A stretch of 64,000 nt of DNA from Acidobacteriota bacterium. GTDB lineage: Bacteria > Acidobacteriota > Vicinamibacteria > Vicinamibacterales > SCN-69-37. Location: assembly GCA_039933635.1 (NCBI GenBank), contig JBDTNQ010000005.1, forward strand, positions 33,602-97,601. Reading direction: 5' to 3'. The notes under the pieces are model-generated. The model was not told the DNA's origin. It did no database searches and saw nothing but the letters and a program-made list of their open reading frames with translations. The translations under genes and the position numbers were made by a program. Numbering within the stretch: position 1 is the first letter of the stretch; each line of letters begins with the position of its first letter. Below are positions 8,885 through 17,831 of the stretch, one piece after another.

Positions 8885-9361
8885 TCAGCCGGAGCCCCGT
8901 GCCTTCGCCTCGAGCCGTCGTCTCCTGACGGCTCTCTCCTCCGGCTCGCACCCGATCATCACTTCCGTCGACTTGATGAGCGCGATGGCGGGTCGGCCTC
9001 GCTTGAGGCGCAGGGACGTGACCGCGTCGCGCGTGATCACGGCCGTCAGCACATTGTCGCCGACGCGGAGGCGGACCTGCGCCAGCAGGCCGTCCGTGCG
9101 GACCTCCTCGATGATGCCTCTCAACTGATTCCGCGTGCTGAGGGCGACGATGGCCGGTCCTGCGGTGGGGCGTGGCGGGGACACGCGTGGCGTGGGGCGG
9201 CCGGATTCGTCCAGGAGTCGGTCGACTTCTGCCGTCGATACCCGGTGATGGCCACCACGCGTTCGCGTCGTCCGCACGCTGCCCTGATAGATCCACTGCT
9301 TGAAGGTGGAGTACCCGACCCCGAGCCGTTTCGCGGCTTCCCTCGCGCTCAACCAATCCAT
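8885..9361 (-). CDS. MerR/excisionase-type HTH regulator fused to a TOBE (molybdate-binding Mop) domain
   Basis: N-terminal HTH (LSAREAAKRLGVGYSTFKQWIYQGSV...GGHHRV). The C-terminus (STRNQLRGIIEEVRTDGLLAQVRLRVGDNVLTAVITRDAV..LKRGRPAIALIKSTEVMI) matches the TOBE/Mop pattern. It is divergent from modA. Confidence 0.75.
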   Translation of the reverse strand: MDWLSAREAAKRLGVGYSTFKQWIYQGSVRTTRTRGGHHRVSTAEVDRLLDESGRPTPRVSPPRPTAGPAIVALSTRNQLRGIIEEVRTDGLLAQVRLRVGDNVLTAVITRDAVTSLRLKRGRPAIALIKSTEVMIGCEPEERAVRRRRLEAKARGSG

Positions 9362-9380
9362 GCGCGGAGACTACACCAAA

Positions 9381-9429
9381 CCGACTCGAGCCGTATCAGG
9401 TCGATTTGACCGGTCGATTCGGCCGACTC
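9381..9429. promoter_or_regulatory. Nested direct repeats in the modA / Mop-regulator divergent intergenic region (candidate operator)
   Basis: CCGACTC (9381-9387), GGTCGATT (9399-9406), GGTCGATT (9412-9419), CCGACTC (9423-9429). Confidence 0.35.
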
Positions 9430-9436
9430 TACGCTC

Positions 9437-10231
9437 GTGGTCATGTCCGGGACCGCGTCCCGCCCGATCCGCATGATCGCCGTCGCGCTTGCGTCGGCCT
9501 GGCTGGCAACGGGTGTTTCCGCCACGGCGCAGGCGCCATCGGTGCTCATCTTCGCCGCCGCATCGTTGCAGACGGCGGTCGACGAGCTGACCCCGGCGAT
9601 CGCGCGGGCGACCGGCATCTCCGTCAAGGCGTCCTACGCCGCGAGTTCGGCCCTGGCAAAACAGATCGAGAATGCCGCGCCAGCGGACATCTTCATTTCC
9701 GCCGATCTCGCCTGGATGAGTTATGTGGCGCAGCGGAACCTCATTCGTCCTGAAACCCTCGTGAACCTGCTGGGGAATGACCTCGTGCTGGTGGCGCCGG
9801 CCGACAGCAAGGTGACGCTTGCCATCGCGCCAAACTTTGGCCTCGCCTCCGCGCTGGGCGCCGGTCGGCTGGCCGTGGCGGATCCTGCCGCCGTGCCCGC
9901 CGGCAGGTACGCGCAAGAGGCGCTGACGAAGCTGGGCGTGTGGGACTCCGTGGCGCAGAGACTTGCTCCAGCCGAAAACGTCCGCGCGGCGCTCCTGCTC
10001 GTCTCTCGAGGCGAGACCCCGCTGGGCATCGTGTATCGGACCGACGCGCTTGTCGACAAGGGCGTGGCCATCGTCGGACCATTTCCGGACTCATCACACG
10101 CGCCGATCATCTATCCCGCCGCGCTGACCGCGACGTCCGCCAGCGGCGCGGAACGGGTGCTGGCGTTTCTTCGCGGGCCCGCCGCGAGGCGCGTGTTCGA
10201 GCGACTGGGCTTCCGCCTCCTTGCGCATTGA
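9437..10231 (+). CDS. modA: Molybdate ABC transporter substrate-binding protein
   Basis: 264 aa with a signal peptide. Carries ModA motifs (IFAAASLQTAVDEL, VKASYAASSALAKQIENAAPADIFISAD, VADPAAVPAGRYAQEAL). The true start may be the ATG at 9443. Confidence 0.85.
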   Translation: MVMSGTASRPIRMIAVALASAWLATGVSATAQAPSVLIFAAASLQTAVDELTPAIARATGISVKASYAASSALAKQIENAAPADIFISADLAWMSYVAQRNLIRPETLVNLLGNDLVLVAPADSKVTLAIAPNFGLASALGAGRLAVADPAAVPAGRYAQEALTKLGVWDSVAQRLAPAENVRAALLLVSRGETPLGIVYRTDALVDKGVAIVGPFPDSSHAPIIYPAALTATSASGAERVLAFLRGPAARRVFERLGFRLLAH

Positions 10232-10471
10232 CGCCATACGCTATCCGGCGGCCAGGACGCGGCAGCGTCCAGTGCCGACTGGGCCTCCGGTTCCGGTGCG
10301 CGGGAGCAGAGCGGACCGGGGTTGGCGCCGGGCGAACCGAAGGCCACACGTCCAACCTGAGCACGGCCGTGCTCAATCGGCCGGAACGCGCGCCCGCTTG
10401 TCGGGGCTTTCCCGGCGGCGCTGAGGTTCGAGGCCTCGCCGTCATGGCACAGCGCTTGCTGACGCCGAGGC

Positions 10472-11605
10472 ATGTCCGAACGGCCGACTTCAGGCTCACC
10501 CAGCGAGCAGGATGTGGCTCCGGGCGCGCCGCAGGGCTTTCAGGTGCGACACATTGCTCTGACGCTGCTGGCCACCGCCATCGCGATCTACCTCCTTCAG
10601 ACGATGCAGCCCGTACTGATCCCCTTCGTGCTCGCGGGACTCCTGTTCTACGCGCTGGATCCGGCCGTGGACTGGCTGCAGAGGATCCGGGTGCCGCGCG
10701 CGATTGGCGCCGCGGTGATGCTGGTTGTGGTGGTCGTCGGATGCGGTGCCCTCACGTACGGTCTCAGTGGTCAGGCGCTGACGGTCATCGATCAGTTGCC
10801 GGCCGGCGCGCGCAAGCTGGCGACGTCCATGCGGCGGTCGCCGGTCGCCAAACCAAGCGCCATCGAAAAGATGCAGGAGGCCGCCGACGCGTTGCAGGAG
10901 ACGTCGAAACCTTCCGCTCCGGCCAACGGCGTCATGCGCGTGGAGGTGCAGGACAAAGGGTTCCAGGCGAGCGACCTGCTGTGGACCGGCTCCATCGGCC
11001 TGGCGTCCGCGGCCAACCAGACCGCGATGGTGCTGTTCCTCACGTACTTCATGCTGCTGTCGGATCAGCTCTTCAAACGCAAGCTCGTCGAAATCGTGGG
11101 GACGCTCTCGCAGAAGAAGGTCACGGTGATCGTGCTCGAGGACATCGCGACGCGGATTGAACGGTTCTTGATGATCCAAATCATCACGAGCACGGGGGTC
11201 GCGCTGGTCACGTGGGGCGCGCTGTGGGCGCTGGGATTGCATCAGGCCGCGCTGTGGGGACTCGTGGCGGGCGTGCTCAACTCGATTCCCTACTACGGGC
11301 CGCTCCTCGTCACTGCAGGACTCTCCACCGTCGGATTCCTGCAGTTCGGCACCTTCGGCATGACCGCCGTTGTTGCGAGCGTGTCATTGCTGATCACCAC
11401 GCTCGAGGGCTCACTGTTGACACCGATGCTCATGGGTCGGGCGTCGGCCATGAATCAGGTCGCCATCTTCGCGGGGCTGCTGTTCTGGAGCTGGATCTGG
11501 GGCATCTGGGGCATGCTGCTGGCCGTCCCGATGATGATGGTGCTCAAGGTGATCTGCGACCACGTCGAGTCGCTGCAGCCACTCGGACATCTGTTGGGGG
11601 AGTGA
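10472..11605 (+). CDS. AI-2E family transporter (PerM/UPF0118)
   Basis: 377 aa and polytopic. The pattern is typical of the family, including VLNSIPYYGPLLV and a C-terminal WGIWGMLLAVPMM segment. Confidence 0.8.
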   Translation: MSERPTSGSPSEQDVAPGAPQGFQVRHIALTLLATAIAIYLLQTMQPVLIPFVLAGLLFYALDPAVDWLQRIRVPRAIGAAVMLVVVVVGCGALTYGLSGQALTVIDQLPAGARKLATSMRRSPVAKPSAIEKMQEAADALQETSKPSAPANGVMRVEVQDKGFQASDLLWTGSIGLASAANQTAMVLFLTYFMLLSDQLFKRKLVEIVGTLSQKKVTVIVLEDIATRIERFLMIQIITSTGVALVTWGALWALGLHQAALWGLVAGVLNSIPYYGPLLVTAGLSTVGFLQFGTFGMTAVVASVSLLITTLEGSLLTPMLMGRASAMNQVAIFAGLLFWSWIWGIWGMLLAVPMMMVLKVICDHVESLQPLGHLLGE

Positions 11606-11617
11606 TCCCCTCTGCCC

Positions 11618-13816
11618 TCAACCTTCGATCGCCACGACCTCGTGAACATCGACTGACGGCACCGTCACCGTGAGCGCGCCGTTCGACTCGACGACCGGCG
11701 CGGTCGTTCCGGCGCTGAGGAGCCGCACGGTTCTGGGCCGCATGCCGGCCGGGACCCGAATCCGGAGGCGCTGTGGACCGACGGAGATGATTTCGCGCAG
11801 AGGGCCTTTCATCATCATCGGGTTCGTCAGGTTCACGAGATGCACCGTCATCGACGTGCGCTGGCGCCAGATGGTGACATCCAGAATGCCCGGGCCCCGG
11901 ACCTCGACCGGCGCAGGCTCGTTGGCGGCCCACGTGATCGCATTTCGAATCAGCCGGCCATGGTCCACCGCGAGGACATCCCAGAACGTGCGATCGATGT
12001 CCCACGGGAAATACACCACTCGTCCTCGGCCGATCTCGCGGACATAGAGTTCGCGTTCGTCCGTGTGGGCGATGCGCGGGTAGACGTCCTCCATCGGCAG
12101 ATCCGGATATGTCGGAACGAGCGTGAGCGGCGACGGAAACGGCACCTTGGGCGTGACGCGAACGCGGTAGACGCCATTGATGATGCGCGGCGTGTCGTCG
12201 AGGCCGGCCAGGATGGGATGGCGTTGCTTGGTCGTGGGATCCGCGTCGAGACTGAGATACGAGTTCTGCATCGGTCCGTCGAAGCCGCCCGCGAACGACA
12301 CACCGAACAGATCGGCGAGGCCGAAGTCCTCCCGGCGTGAACCGCGTTCGTCGAACAGTGATGACGCGAACGTCGCGACGAGACTGCCGCCACGATTCAC
12401 GAACGCGCGAATGGCCGCACACTGCTCGGCCGAGAGCGCCGCGGCGTCGGCCAGCACGAGCACCTTGAACGCATCCAGCCGCTCGGGCGTGAGGAAGGCC
12501 TCGTGCACCATCTCGAACGGCACGCGCCCCTCGATGAGCGCGTGGTACATGCCCATCACGTGATCGCCCGGCCGATCGCCGGCGGTGACCCCGGTGTGGT
12601 ACGCCGCGGTCTGCTCGGAATAGAGCATCGCGACGCGCGCGAGCGATGCTTCGTTCCGCAGGAAGCGCTCGTGCTGTGCGTGCCACGCGTAAATCCGTTC
12701 GACGGTCGAGAGCCATCGCCGGTCGTACAGGACGCCCGAGAACTTCGTCACCCAGGGCCGCATGCCGTTCGCCGTGCCCTCGGCGACCCACAGGCGCACC
12801 TCGGGTTCGCTCTGGACCGAGTCCTTCCATCGATACGGCTCTTCGAAGCCCACGCTGAAGATGCCGCCGATCGGCCGGCGCCCCATCACCGAGCGCAACT
12901 CCTTGGCCCGCTGACCGTTGGTCCAGGGCGGCGTCAACCCGCGCCGCGCCTGGTTATCCGTGAACTGAATTGGCGCGAGTTCACCAGCGGTCTTCTGATC
13001 TGGCGGACCATTGGGAATGACGCGCGCTTCCGGATTCGCGGCGCGAATGGTCGCATCCCACGCCTTCCACAGCTCCGTGAGACGCGCCTTGCGCCAATCG
13101 AGAAACGCCCGTCGCGTGTCATCCCGCGCGGGCGTGAGCCTCGCGAGGTCGAGCCCCGTCGCCGCCGCGAAATTCTGCCGGCAATGGACGCAGTAGCACT
13201 CGGTCTGGCTGGCCCATCGATTGACGAAGATGCCATCGACCTTGTACTTCGTGACGATCTCGCGATGGACGGCGTCCATGAACACGAAGTTGTACGGTCC
13301 CAGCGCGCATGTGACCCAGAGTTCGGGGTTGGCCCAGTGCCGCGTCGGTTGGCCGTCACGACCGGCCGCAATCCAGTCGGGATGCGCCGAGCGGGTATCG
13401 TCGCGCGTCGCATGCGGGTCGGTGCGCGCGATCACCTGCATGCCCAGCGCGCGGCACCCCTTCACCAGATCGCCGAACGGATCCGTCTGTCCGAGGAAGG
13501 CGCTTCGGTGATGGAGCGGGACCTCGGTGGGGTAGTACGCGACGATGCCGCCGGCACTGAGGCAGGCGGCGTCGGCTTTCAACGTCTTGAAGTAGGTGAG
13601 CCAGAACCCCGGGTCGAACGTGCCGGGATCGTTTTCGACCAGCGTCAGTTGCACCCAGCGCATCGGCCGGTCAAACCAGCCGTTGCCGGCAGCCGGTGCC
13701 GTTTGCCCCACGAGGTATCCGGGATCGAGCGCACCGAGCGACGGTGCGATCGACGCCATCGCGCCGGCCCCGGTAGTGACTTGAAGAAACCCACGTCTCG
13801 TAACCGGCGACGCCAT
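11618..13816 (-). CDS. Tat-exported putative glycoside hydrolase (GHL6-like catalytic region plus GH42-type trimerisation-like domain)
   Basis: Twin-arginine signal (TRRGFLQVTTGAGAMA). TIM-barrel-like N-terminal region (WVQLTLVENDP...DGIFVNRW) and a class-I glutamine-amidotransferase-like middle region (FKVLVLADAAALS). The family assignment is from memory only. Confidence 0.5.
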   Translation of the reverse strand: MASPVTRRGFLQVTTGAGAMASIAPSLGALDPGYLVGQTAPAAGNGWFDRPMRWVQLTLVENDPGTFDPGFWLTYFKTLKADAACLSAGGIVAYYPTEVPLHHRSAFLGQTDPFGDLVKGCRALGMQVIARTDPHATRDDTRSAHPDWIAAGRDGQPTRHWANPELWVTCALGPYNFVFMDAVHREIVTKYKVDGIFVNRWASQTECYCVHCRQNFAAATGLDLARLTPARDDTRRAFLDWRKARLTELWKAWDATIRAANPEARVIPNGPPDQKTAGELAPIQFTDNQARRGLTPPWTNGQRAKELRSVMGRRPIGGIFSVGFEEPYRWKDSVQSEPEVRLWVAEGTANGMRPWVTKFSGVLYDRRWLSTVERIYAWHAQHERFLRNEASLARVAMLYSEQTAAYHTGVTAGDRPGDHVMGMYHALIEGRVPFEMVHEAFLTPERLDAFKVLVLADAAALSAEQCAAIRAFVNRGGSLVATFASSLFDERGSRREDFGLADLFGVSFAGGFDGPMQNSYLSLDADPTTKQRHPILAGLDDTPRIINGVYRVRVTPKVPFPSPLTLVPTYPDLPMEDVYPRIAHTDERELYVREIGRGRVVYFPWDIDRTFWDVLAVDHGRLIRNAITWAANEPAPVEVRGPGILDVTIWRQRTSMTVHLVNLTNPMMMKGPLREIISVGPQRLRIRVPAGMRPRTVRLLSAGTTAPVVESNGALTVTVPSVDVHEVVAIEG

Positions 13817-13831
13817 GGCGCGATCTCCTTC

Positions 13832-14803
13832 TCAGCGCAGGTTCAGCTTGCCCCTGGCAAACGGCCGCGTGAATGCCGCTGGGGGATTATGGGCCGTCGA
13901 CAGGTCATATGCCCGCTGGAAGAGCTCCCGGGCCCGCGCGGCGTTTCCACGCTTCTCGTAGGTCATACCGAGCAGTGCGTGCATGAACGGATCGCTCTGA
14001 TTGCCACTCGTCTGCAGGGCTTTGGTCAGCTCAGACTCCGCGGTGCGGAGGTCGTTGGTGTAGAGCGCGACGTAGCCGACAAGGTACGGAAAGAAACGTT
14101 CCTGCGCGCCGGCCATTTCGCGGTCGCTATCGAGGGCTCGCCGCGCCGCGGCGACCTGCTGCTGCGCCTCGGCAGCGTGTCCTCGGCGCGCGGCGACGCG
14201 CGCGAGCGCATGCGCGAGTCGAAACTGCCACAGGCTTTTCGGGTGAGTCAGGTTGCCCGGTTCCTTGAGTCCCAGTTCGGTCCCGCGCCGATACAGCCGT
14301 TCCGCGGCGTCAACATCGCCCGCGTCGATGCACACACGAGCGGCCTCATTGGCCATCTCGCCCTGCTGATAGAAAGCGTTCTGCGGTTCTGCCTGCTCCC
14401 GGGTCACCCAGTACGCGATCACCTGTTCCTCGTACCGCGTCGTATTGGCGCAATCGCCGTCGAACGCGTAGGACATGGCCATGGATCGCTGCGCACCTGC
14501 TCGCGCCGCCGGACTCGCTGCGGCGTCAATCGCCCGCTGAAAGACCCGGCGTGCCTCGGCCGTCGCGCCAAGCACGTCCAACAGGTTGGCGGCCTGCATC
14601 GAGACGGGATTTGTCTCGAGCTCCCGGCGGATCGCTGTCAGCGCTTCTGGCGTCTTGCCCTCGCTCATGAGCTGCGTGGCCTGACGCAAGGCGTCGGACC
14701 CTCCGCCGCGCTGAGCCGCTTCAACGGGAAGCTCGGCCAGGGCCGACGCGCTGAGAGCGAGAGACACCAAGGCCGATCTGAAAATCTGAGGCGATGTAGG
14801 CAT
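13832..14803 (-). CDS. Secreted TPR repeat protein
   Basis: Signal peptide (LVSLALSASALA) followed by repeated TPR-like helices (AEARRVFQRAIDA, AERLYRRGTELG, ARELFQRAYDL). Confidence 0.65.
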   Translation of the reverse strand: MPTSPQIFRSALVSLALSASALAELPVEAAQRGGGSDALRQATQLMSEGKTPEALTAIRRELETNPVSMQAANLLDVLGATAEARRVFQRAIDAAASPAARAGAQRSMAMSYAFDGDCANTTRYEEQVIAYWVTREQAEPQNAFYQQGEMANEAARVCIDAGDVDAAERLYRRGTELGLKEPGNLTHPKSLWQFRLAHALARVAARRGHAAEAQQQVAAARRALDSDREMAGAQERFFPYLVGYVALYTNDLRTAESELTKALQTSGNQSDPFMHALLGMTYEKRGNAARARELFQRAYDLSTAHNPPAAFTRPFARGKLNLR

Positions 14804-14887
14804 GCTGCCATTTTCGCATGGCAGCTCAGGGACTGCGAGACGGCGGGGGAGTGTCGGAAACGAGCGGTCGGACGGACAGGGAAAGCG

Positions 14888-14917
14888 GTCCGAGAACTGC
14901 GGTTACAGTTCCCGGAC
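14888..14917 (-). terminator. Hairpin downstream of the 165-aa gene (12-bp stem with one mismatch, 6-nt loop)
   Basis: GTCCGAGAACTG-CGGTTA-CAGTTCCCGGAC. On the minus-strand RNA it is followed by a short U-containing tract. Confidence 0.5.
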
Positions 14918-14933
14918 CGGGTGCTCAACGGGA

Positions 14934-15431
14934 CTAGCTGCCAATCGACACGAGCGTCGAATGCGCCTGCGCCCTCGCGCGCTCAACTTCCAATGACGCG
15001 TTCGTCGTTGGCAACGACTCGCGAATGGCGGAAGTGAGCGTCTTGCCTTCATTGAGCACGCGATTCTTCAGGACCACGAACGGCACGCCCGTGTTGTGGC
15101 TCGCGTACGCGACCGTCGCGAACTGTTCCGAATTGCGGAAGCCGTCGGCGGCCTTGGTCATGTCCGTTCCGTCGAACATCAGCTGCTTCAATTGACGATG
15201 GAGTGCCGGTGCGGACATCTCGACGGCGGGCACCTTCTCAGCCACTGCCGCTTTCGCCACCGCGGCGGGCTTTGCCGGCGCCCCCGAAGCGACTGTCGCC
15301 GTGTCGACCACTGGCGCCGGTTCAGGAGCCGATGTGGCCATCGTCGACGTGATGCGTGGCCCCGTCCACACTCCAACCGCAAACGCAGCGGCGATTCCGA
15401 GAGTCAAAGACGACGCTTTGCCGAACGTCAT
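14934..15431 (-). CDS. Hypothetical membrane-anchored protein
   Basis: 165-aa ORF in the expected high-GC3 frame. It has an N-terminal TM/signal segment (LTLGIAAAFAVGVWTG), an Ala/Pro-rich linker and a small C-terminal domain. No family recognised. Confidence 0.45.
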   Translation of the reverse strand: MTFGKASSLTLGIAAAFAVGVWTGPRITSTMATSAPEPAPVVDTATVASGAPAKPAAVAKAAVAEKVPAVEMSAPALHRQLKQLMFDGTDMTKAADGFRNSEQFATVAYASHNTGVPFVVLKNRVLNEGKTLTSAIRESLPTTNASLEVERARAQAHSTLVSIGS

Positions 15432-15642
15432 TGGGCACCTCCTGGGCTGGGCGCCTCATGTATTGCAAGATCCGTGACGAACCGCGGTATCGGCGTAAGA
15501 CGTCGGCTCTCAGTCAGTTACCGCGTTCGCCCTGGATCGGCCTGTCACGAGGTGACCCATCACCGGGAACATGTGACTCGGCAATGGGAGAATTCGACAC
15601 GGGCCGTGCGCCCCATGCGCTACCATCCCCTCCCTCGACGCC

Positions 15643-16866
15643 ATGACCTCTCGACTTGGATCCAATCTACCAATCGTCATCGTCGGTGCCCTCGACACGA
15701 AAGGCGCGGAGTTGGCTTTCGTGCGGGACCAGGTTGCCGTGCGTGGGCACCGCACGGTTGTCGTCGACACGGGCGTCCTCGGTCCGCCAGCGTTTGCCGC
15801 TGACGTGACGAACGCGGAGGTCGCCGAAGCCGGTGGCGTGTCAGTTGCGACACTCGTTGGCGCAGCTGATCGTGGTCGCGCTGTGATGGTGATGGCGCGT
15901 GGCGCGGAACGGATTGTGCGCCGCCTGGCCGACGACAAAGGGATCGGCGGCATCATCGGCATCGGCGGGGGCGCGGGCACATCCGTGGCGACGGCGGCGA
16001 TGCGCGCGCTGCCATTGGGTATCCCCAAGGTCATGGTCTCGACCCTGGCCAGCGGCGATGTCAGCGCTTTCGTCGGTGTCGCCGATATCGTCATGGTGCC
16101 GGCTATTGTCGACATCAGTGGGATCAATCGCATCAGCCGCGGCGTGCTCACGCGCGCGGCCGCCGCGGTGTGCGCTATGGCCGACGCGGTCGTGCCCGAG
16201 ACGACCGACCAGCCGCTCATTGCGGCGACGATGTTCGGCAACACGACCGCGTGCGTCGAGGCCGCCCGGATGTCCCTCGAGAGTCGTGGGTTCGAAGTCC
16301 TCGTATTTCACGCCACGGGCACCGGCGGTCGCACGATGGAAAGCCTGATCGACGCGGGCCACATTGCCGGTGTGCTGGACGTCACGACTACCGAGTGGGC
16401 GGATGAGCTCGCTGGCGGCGTGATGACCGCTGGCAGCACACGGCTCGAAGCCGCCGCACGCACTGGCACGCCCGCCGTGGTGGCCCCCGGTTGCGTCGAC
16501 ATGGTCAACTTCTGGGCGCCAGAGACGGTGCCGGAGCGGCATCGCGGGCGGCGCTTCTACCAACACAACGCGAACATCACGTTGATGAGAACGACACCGG
16601 ACGAGAACGCGCAGCTCGGCCGCATCATCGCCGACAAACTCAACGCCTCCGTCGGCCCAGTCAGCGTGTATCTGCCATTGCGCGGCGTGTCGGTCATCTC
16701 GGCGCCCGGCGGGCCGTTTCACTGGCCCGAGGCTGACGACGCGCTCTTCGACGCGTTACGCACGCACCTGAGGGCGGACATTCCGGTGCACGCGCTCGAC
16801 ATGAACATCAACGATCCGATGTTTGCGGCTGCGATGGTCGAGGGGCTTTTAAGCTATTTCCGCTGA
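15643..16866 (+). CDS. UPF0261 / Tm-1-like ATP-binding domain protein
   Basis: 407 aa. The N-terminus IVIVGALDTKGAELAFVRDQV and the overall pattern match the UPF0261 family (N-terminal half of tomato Tm-1). Confidence 0.7.
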   Translation: MTSRLGSNLPIVIVGALDTKGAELAFVRDQVAVRGHRTVVVDTGVLGPPAFAADVTNAEVAEAGGVSVATLVGAADRGRAVMVMARGAERIVRRLADDKGIGGIIGIGGGAGTSVATAAMRALPLGIPKVMVSTLASGDVSAFVGVADIVMVPAIVDISGINRISRGVLTRAAAAVCAMADAVVPETTDQPLIAATMFGNTTACVEAARMSLESRGFEVLVFHATGTGGRTMESLIDAGHIAGVLDVTTTEWADELAGGVMTAGSTRLEAAARTGTPAVVAPGCVDMVNFWAPETVPERHRGRRFYQHNANITLMRTTPDENAQLGRIIADKLNASVGPVSVYLPLRGVSVISAPGGPFHWPEADDALFDALRTHLRADIPVHALDMNINDPMFAAAMVEGLLSYFR

Positions 16867-16879
16867 TGCCTCAGGAGTC

Positions 16880-16898
16880 CCGGTTCGCGGAGAACCGG
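16880..16898 (+). terminator. Short hairpin after the UPF0261 gene at a convergent junction
   Basis: CCGGTTC-GCGGA-GAACCGG, starting 14 nt after the stop at 16866. Confidence 0.35.
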
Positions 16899-16936
16899 TG
16901 AACACTGATCGCACCGAACCCGAAGCTCAGAACCAG

Positions 16937-17683
16937 TCACGGATTCTGTCCCACATTCGAGTAGTACTCCATGACGCGCTCCCGCGCGCCGGCGGCCGTG
17001 TACACGTCGGGCTGCCGCGAGGCGATCACGCCGGCGATCACGGCGGCCACCTGTTCGGGGCTCTGCGACTGCGGGAGCTGACGCGAGTCAACGCCGCCGT
17101 GCTTGGCGCGTACGCCGAACTCGGTGCGGACGACGCCCGGGGACACGAGGGAGAACTGGATGTCGGGATGTGTTTCCTGCACTTCGGCGCGAAACGTCGC
17201 GGTGAGGGCGTTCACGTAGTGTTTGGCGCCACTGTATGCGGAGCGGATCGGGACTGCCGGCAGCCGACCGAGCATCGACGACACGTTAATCACGTGACCG
17301 CGGCGGCGGGCCTTGAAATGCGGCAGGATTTCCTGCGTGCCGTACAACACGGACTTGATGTTGATGCGCACCATGTCATCGACGTCCTCGTCGGTCAGCT
17401 CGGACGGCAACCGTGAGATGCCCTGACCGGCGTTGTTCACCCACACGTCGATGTGCCCGAACTTGTCGAGCACATCTGTGACGGCACGCCTGACCTCATC
17501 CCGGCGCGTCACGTCCGCGACGATCGCGTGGGCGTGGCCGCTGCACCGTTCGGCCACCGCGCGCAACGCCTCTTCGCGCCGCGCGATGATTCCGACAGAG
17601 GCCTTCTGCGCGGCAAGCAACTCCGCCAGCGCCGCGCCGATTCCGGCACTGCCACCGGTGATGACGACGACTGTATTTTTCAT
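16937..17683 (-). CDS. SDR family oxidoreductase
   Basis: TGGSAGIG cofactor motif, NNAG, and catalytic YSGAK (YxxxK). Confidence 0.85.
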   Translation of the reverse strand: MKNTVVVITGGSAGIGAALAELLAAQKASVGIIARREEALRAVAERCSGHAHAIVADVTRRDEVRRAVTDVLDKFGHIDVWVNNAGQGISRLPSELTDEDVDDMVRINIKSVLYGTQEILPHFKARRRGHVINVSSMLGRLPAVPIRSAYSGAKHYVNALTATFRAEVQETHPDIQFSLVSPGVVRTEFGVRAKHGGVDSRQLPQSQSPEQVAAVIAGVIASRQPDVYTAAGARERVMEYYSNVGQNP

Positions 17684-17831
17684 GAGGTCAACCTTCTAAT
17701 GTAAGAGTCCGCCGTAACAGTAGACCTTCGAGTATGAGACGCCTGACGGGAATGCGGGTTAATCTTCTTGCGTGGCTCGAGCCCTGAGCCTGAACCCCGA
17801 AGCCAAGCCTTAAGTCCCCCCTGGAGATACC

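Noticed and set aside
9362-9436. Possibility of a Moco riboswitch or an E. coli-type ModE box upstream of modA.
   Set aside because: The spacer is only ~75 nt, too short for the Moco RNA motif. No TAYAT-N7-TAYAT-like ModE consensus was seen, only the direct repeats reported above.
10422-10438. A tRNA-like T-arm (TGAGG-TTCGAGG-CCTCG) in the 240-bp gap after modA.
   Set aside because: No matching acceptor stem (complement of the 7 nt following the T-arm), D-arm or anticodon arm could be found upstream. It is most likely a chance GGTTCGA occurrence.
12503-15037. An 844-aa stop-free ORF on the plus strand spanning three minus-strand genes.
   Set aside because: It is antisense to well-supported genes (glycoside-hydrolase-like, TPR, hypothetical). 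The translation is Arg/Pro/Gly-rich low complexity with no recognisable motif. This is a typical shadow ORF of a high-GC genome.
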